NCBI RefSeq assembly: GCF_037042905.1
Contig: NC_087245.1
Location: forward strand, 42,038,001 to 42,102,000
Direction: 5' to 3'
DNA from: Lytechinus pictus
Lineage: Eukaryota
DNA length: 64,000 nt
Below the pieces are notes generated by a model that was not told the origin of the DNA, ran no database searches, and saw only the letters and a list, made by a program, of their open reading frames with translations. Shown piece by piece: positions 61,734-64,000 of the stretch. Positions within the stretch are counted from its first letter, which is position 1, and every line of letters begins with the position of its first letter. A program made the translations under genes and the position numbers.

Positions 61734-62617
61734 TCACGACACCAGCTTTGCAGCGCTCTGGACACGCCTCCTTGTATTGTATTGATGGGTGGGGCTGTCA
61801 CCTTCGTAACCATTGGATACTTTTGAAGGGCTGGTCGGGGCCGATACAGACTGCTGGCTGAGACGGCGGAGAGCTAGAGGTTTTGCCGATTCCTATATTG
61901 AAAAAAAAATATTTAGAAAACGATCAATATCTTGAATTGTTTCCATCACAAAAATGGTCAGTTTAATTTGGCTTAACATAGATCTAAGACATTTGACATC
62001 AAATGAATGAAATAGATCTTTGTAAATAAAAATACATATTTTGGTGGCCATATATTGTATGTTGTGGGTCCATTATTGTAGTATTTTCCAATAATGTATA
62101 AAGTGAATAATAATGTTAAGGATGATGATGACGATGAATATTATGACGATGATGGTGATGATTATAATTTAATAATGTGCATGTATGTTAAATCAATTTC
62201 TTAAAAAAATTGTGCAGCACAAATTTATCAACATGCAAAATGAATAACCAAGATTCACAGATTACGAATAAACTCCCAATAAGTCAATGATCCATTGGTT
62301 CGTTGACCAAGGGGTGCTTCATAAAGAAAGAAGTGTGATTTAAAGCCCTTTTTTAATTCTGGCATGCATATAATATTTAACATGTAGCGCACATCCTCCG
62401 AGTATTATTTGACCAATGCCGTGATGCGTCATATACGGTACATAACTGGAAATTTGAAAGCATGTATATCATGCGTTATATCACTAACAGAATTTTTATT
62501 GTCCCAATAGATATGACATGGGCAATGTTTCCTGTATATATTCATTCTACTTACCACAGGTTTATGGACTTGATAGTACCACCAGAAGGCCATTAAGCAA
62601 AAGAAGACAATCGAAAG
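61734..62617 (-). CDS. Last two coding exons of an unidentified membrane protein extending beyond the right edge of the window
   Basis: Exon 62617-62555 (cag|...|gtaagt) encodes hydrophobic LSIVFFCLMAFWWYYQVHKPV. It splices in phase 0 to exon 61892-61734 (tag|), which encodes ESAKPLALRRLSQQSVSAPTSPSKVSNGYEGDSPTHQYNTRRRVQSAAKLVS*. Both are GC-richer islands in AT-rich DNA. Confidence 0.72.
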
Positions 62618-63653
62618 CTGATGGATAAATAGTAGAATGGAAAATAAAAGATGAGAGAAAAACAGATTATTATTACATTCATGATGTTAATAGCGATTTC
62701 TTATATCCATTTTTATGTGCAGGGTTCGTATGGGTTCGTTTTTTCATTCCCCTTGTTTTGGTTAATTGTTTTCAAACTGAATACTTATTTCTTTACTATG
62801 TATATCGTATTTTAAAAATATTTTATGGGGAAGATAACTCGACAAATTTGTATTTTTGGTTCTTATAACTCCCTTTTATTAATTTATTGTTTAAGGGTAA
62901 ACACATGGACACATATTTATATGAAAGAATTGAAATTAAATTAATATTTACCATCTAAAACCTAAATGTCTGACCCCTATATTTAGGACTTGGTGTGATG
63001 ATGCCATCACTGACAGCTACATGTTAATGAGGTATGGCCAATTCTGCACAAATCCTAGAAGAGTGCAATATCGGCCCTAATAAGTGGAATATTTCTTCTT
63101 GTATTCCATGAAATAAAGCCATCTAATATAATGATCCTTATCATCTTTCCCCCTAAAAATTCATTGAGTAAATTGTCACACTTAGTTTATTGGGCACCAC
63201 TTCAAAAAACCATAGATCAGTTGTTTGGTCTTACAAATGCATCTTACATGTAGCTCTATATGACATCATTTAGTATCATTGCGCATCGCATTGCTTATTG
63301 CGTGCGTTGTATATTTCAAAATACACATTTTCTGTCCATCATCAAAACACCTTATATAGGGAATAATCAGCACATTCTATAATTCAAAAGTTATCAATAG
63401 ATAGGCACAACACACTATATTAATTTTAAAGTGGAAGTTCACCCTAACGAAAAGTTTATTTTAAAAATAGCACAAAAATAATGAAATATTGATGAAGGTT
63501 TTAGGAAAATCCAATAAAGTTTAAGAAAGTTATTAGAATTGAGGTTCTTGATTTGTGATGTCAGATACATGCAGCTGCCCCATATGTCATATAATATAAA
63601 ATGCATAAACTAAATTTTTTTATTGTTCATGATGACTAAAAAATTTCTTTTAA

Positions 63654-64000
63654 AGGGATGGTCCGGTCTGAAAGTATTTATAGCTTAATAAATAGAGTAG
63701 AATTCACTGAGCAAAATGCCAAAATTTCATCAAAATCGGATAAAAAGTAACAAAGTTATTGAATTTTAAAGTTTAGCAATATTTTGTGAAAACAGTTGTA
63801 ATGAATATTCATTAGGTGGGCTGATGATGTCACATCCCCACTTGTTCTTTTGTATTTTATTATATGAAATTAGGTTTATTCAAATTTTTTCCTCCAAGAA
63901 CTAGAAAAATTTGATTGACAACTGATTTAGTGCATTAGATATTCATTGCTGCAACTTATTTCATAATAAGGGAGATATATCATTCACACGAGTATGAAAT
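63654..64000. mobile_element. Family C Kolobok-like MITE truncated by the window edge
   Basis: TTAA|AGGGATGGTCCGG, and the body matches 59420-59926. Confidence 0.8.

Noticed and set aside
61734..62617. Identification of the right-hand gene as squalene synthase FDFT1 (the neighbour of CTSB in human) or PTDSS1
   Set aside because: Only a generic C-terminal TM resemblance is visible and no diagnostic motif lies in the window. A BLAST search is needed.

Overview
Eukaryotic, AT-rich, repeat-dense animal genomic DNA. The repeat landscape and gene structures suggest an echinoderm such as a sea urchin (inference). Four spliced protein-coding genes were reconstructed by hand from GT-AG sites and reading phase. 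(1) A 3-exon proline-racemase-family gene (L3HYPDH-like, +, 782-2884, 345 aa) with a Cys/Cys catalytic pair instead of the Cys/Thr pair of the human dehydratase, plus an altered DRSP motif (ARAPCGSG). (2) A complete cathepsin B with 8 coding exons (-, 22601-10639, 328 aa) and a CLEAR/M-box cluster at its inferred promoter. (3) A 16-exon receptor tyrosine kinase (+, 29584-48463, 872 aa) with the non-canonical architecture signal peptide-CUB-truncated EGF-EGF-3xSushi/CCP-acidic stalk-TM-kinase-YMPM tail. (4) The last two coding exons of an unidentified membrane protein (-, 62617-61734). Introns and intergenic DNA hold TTAA-flanked (Kolobok-like), hAT-like, Harbinger-like and CACT-type MITEs, tRNA-derived SINEs, L2/CR1 LINE fragments, a Helentron/DINE-like element, a foldback element, long microsatellites and a Penelope-type minimal hammerhead ribozyme motif. 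Most entries in the supplied ORF track are non-coding artefacts.
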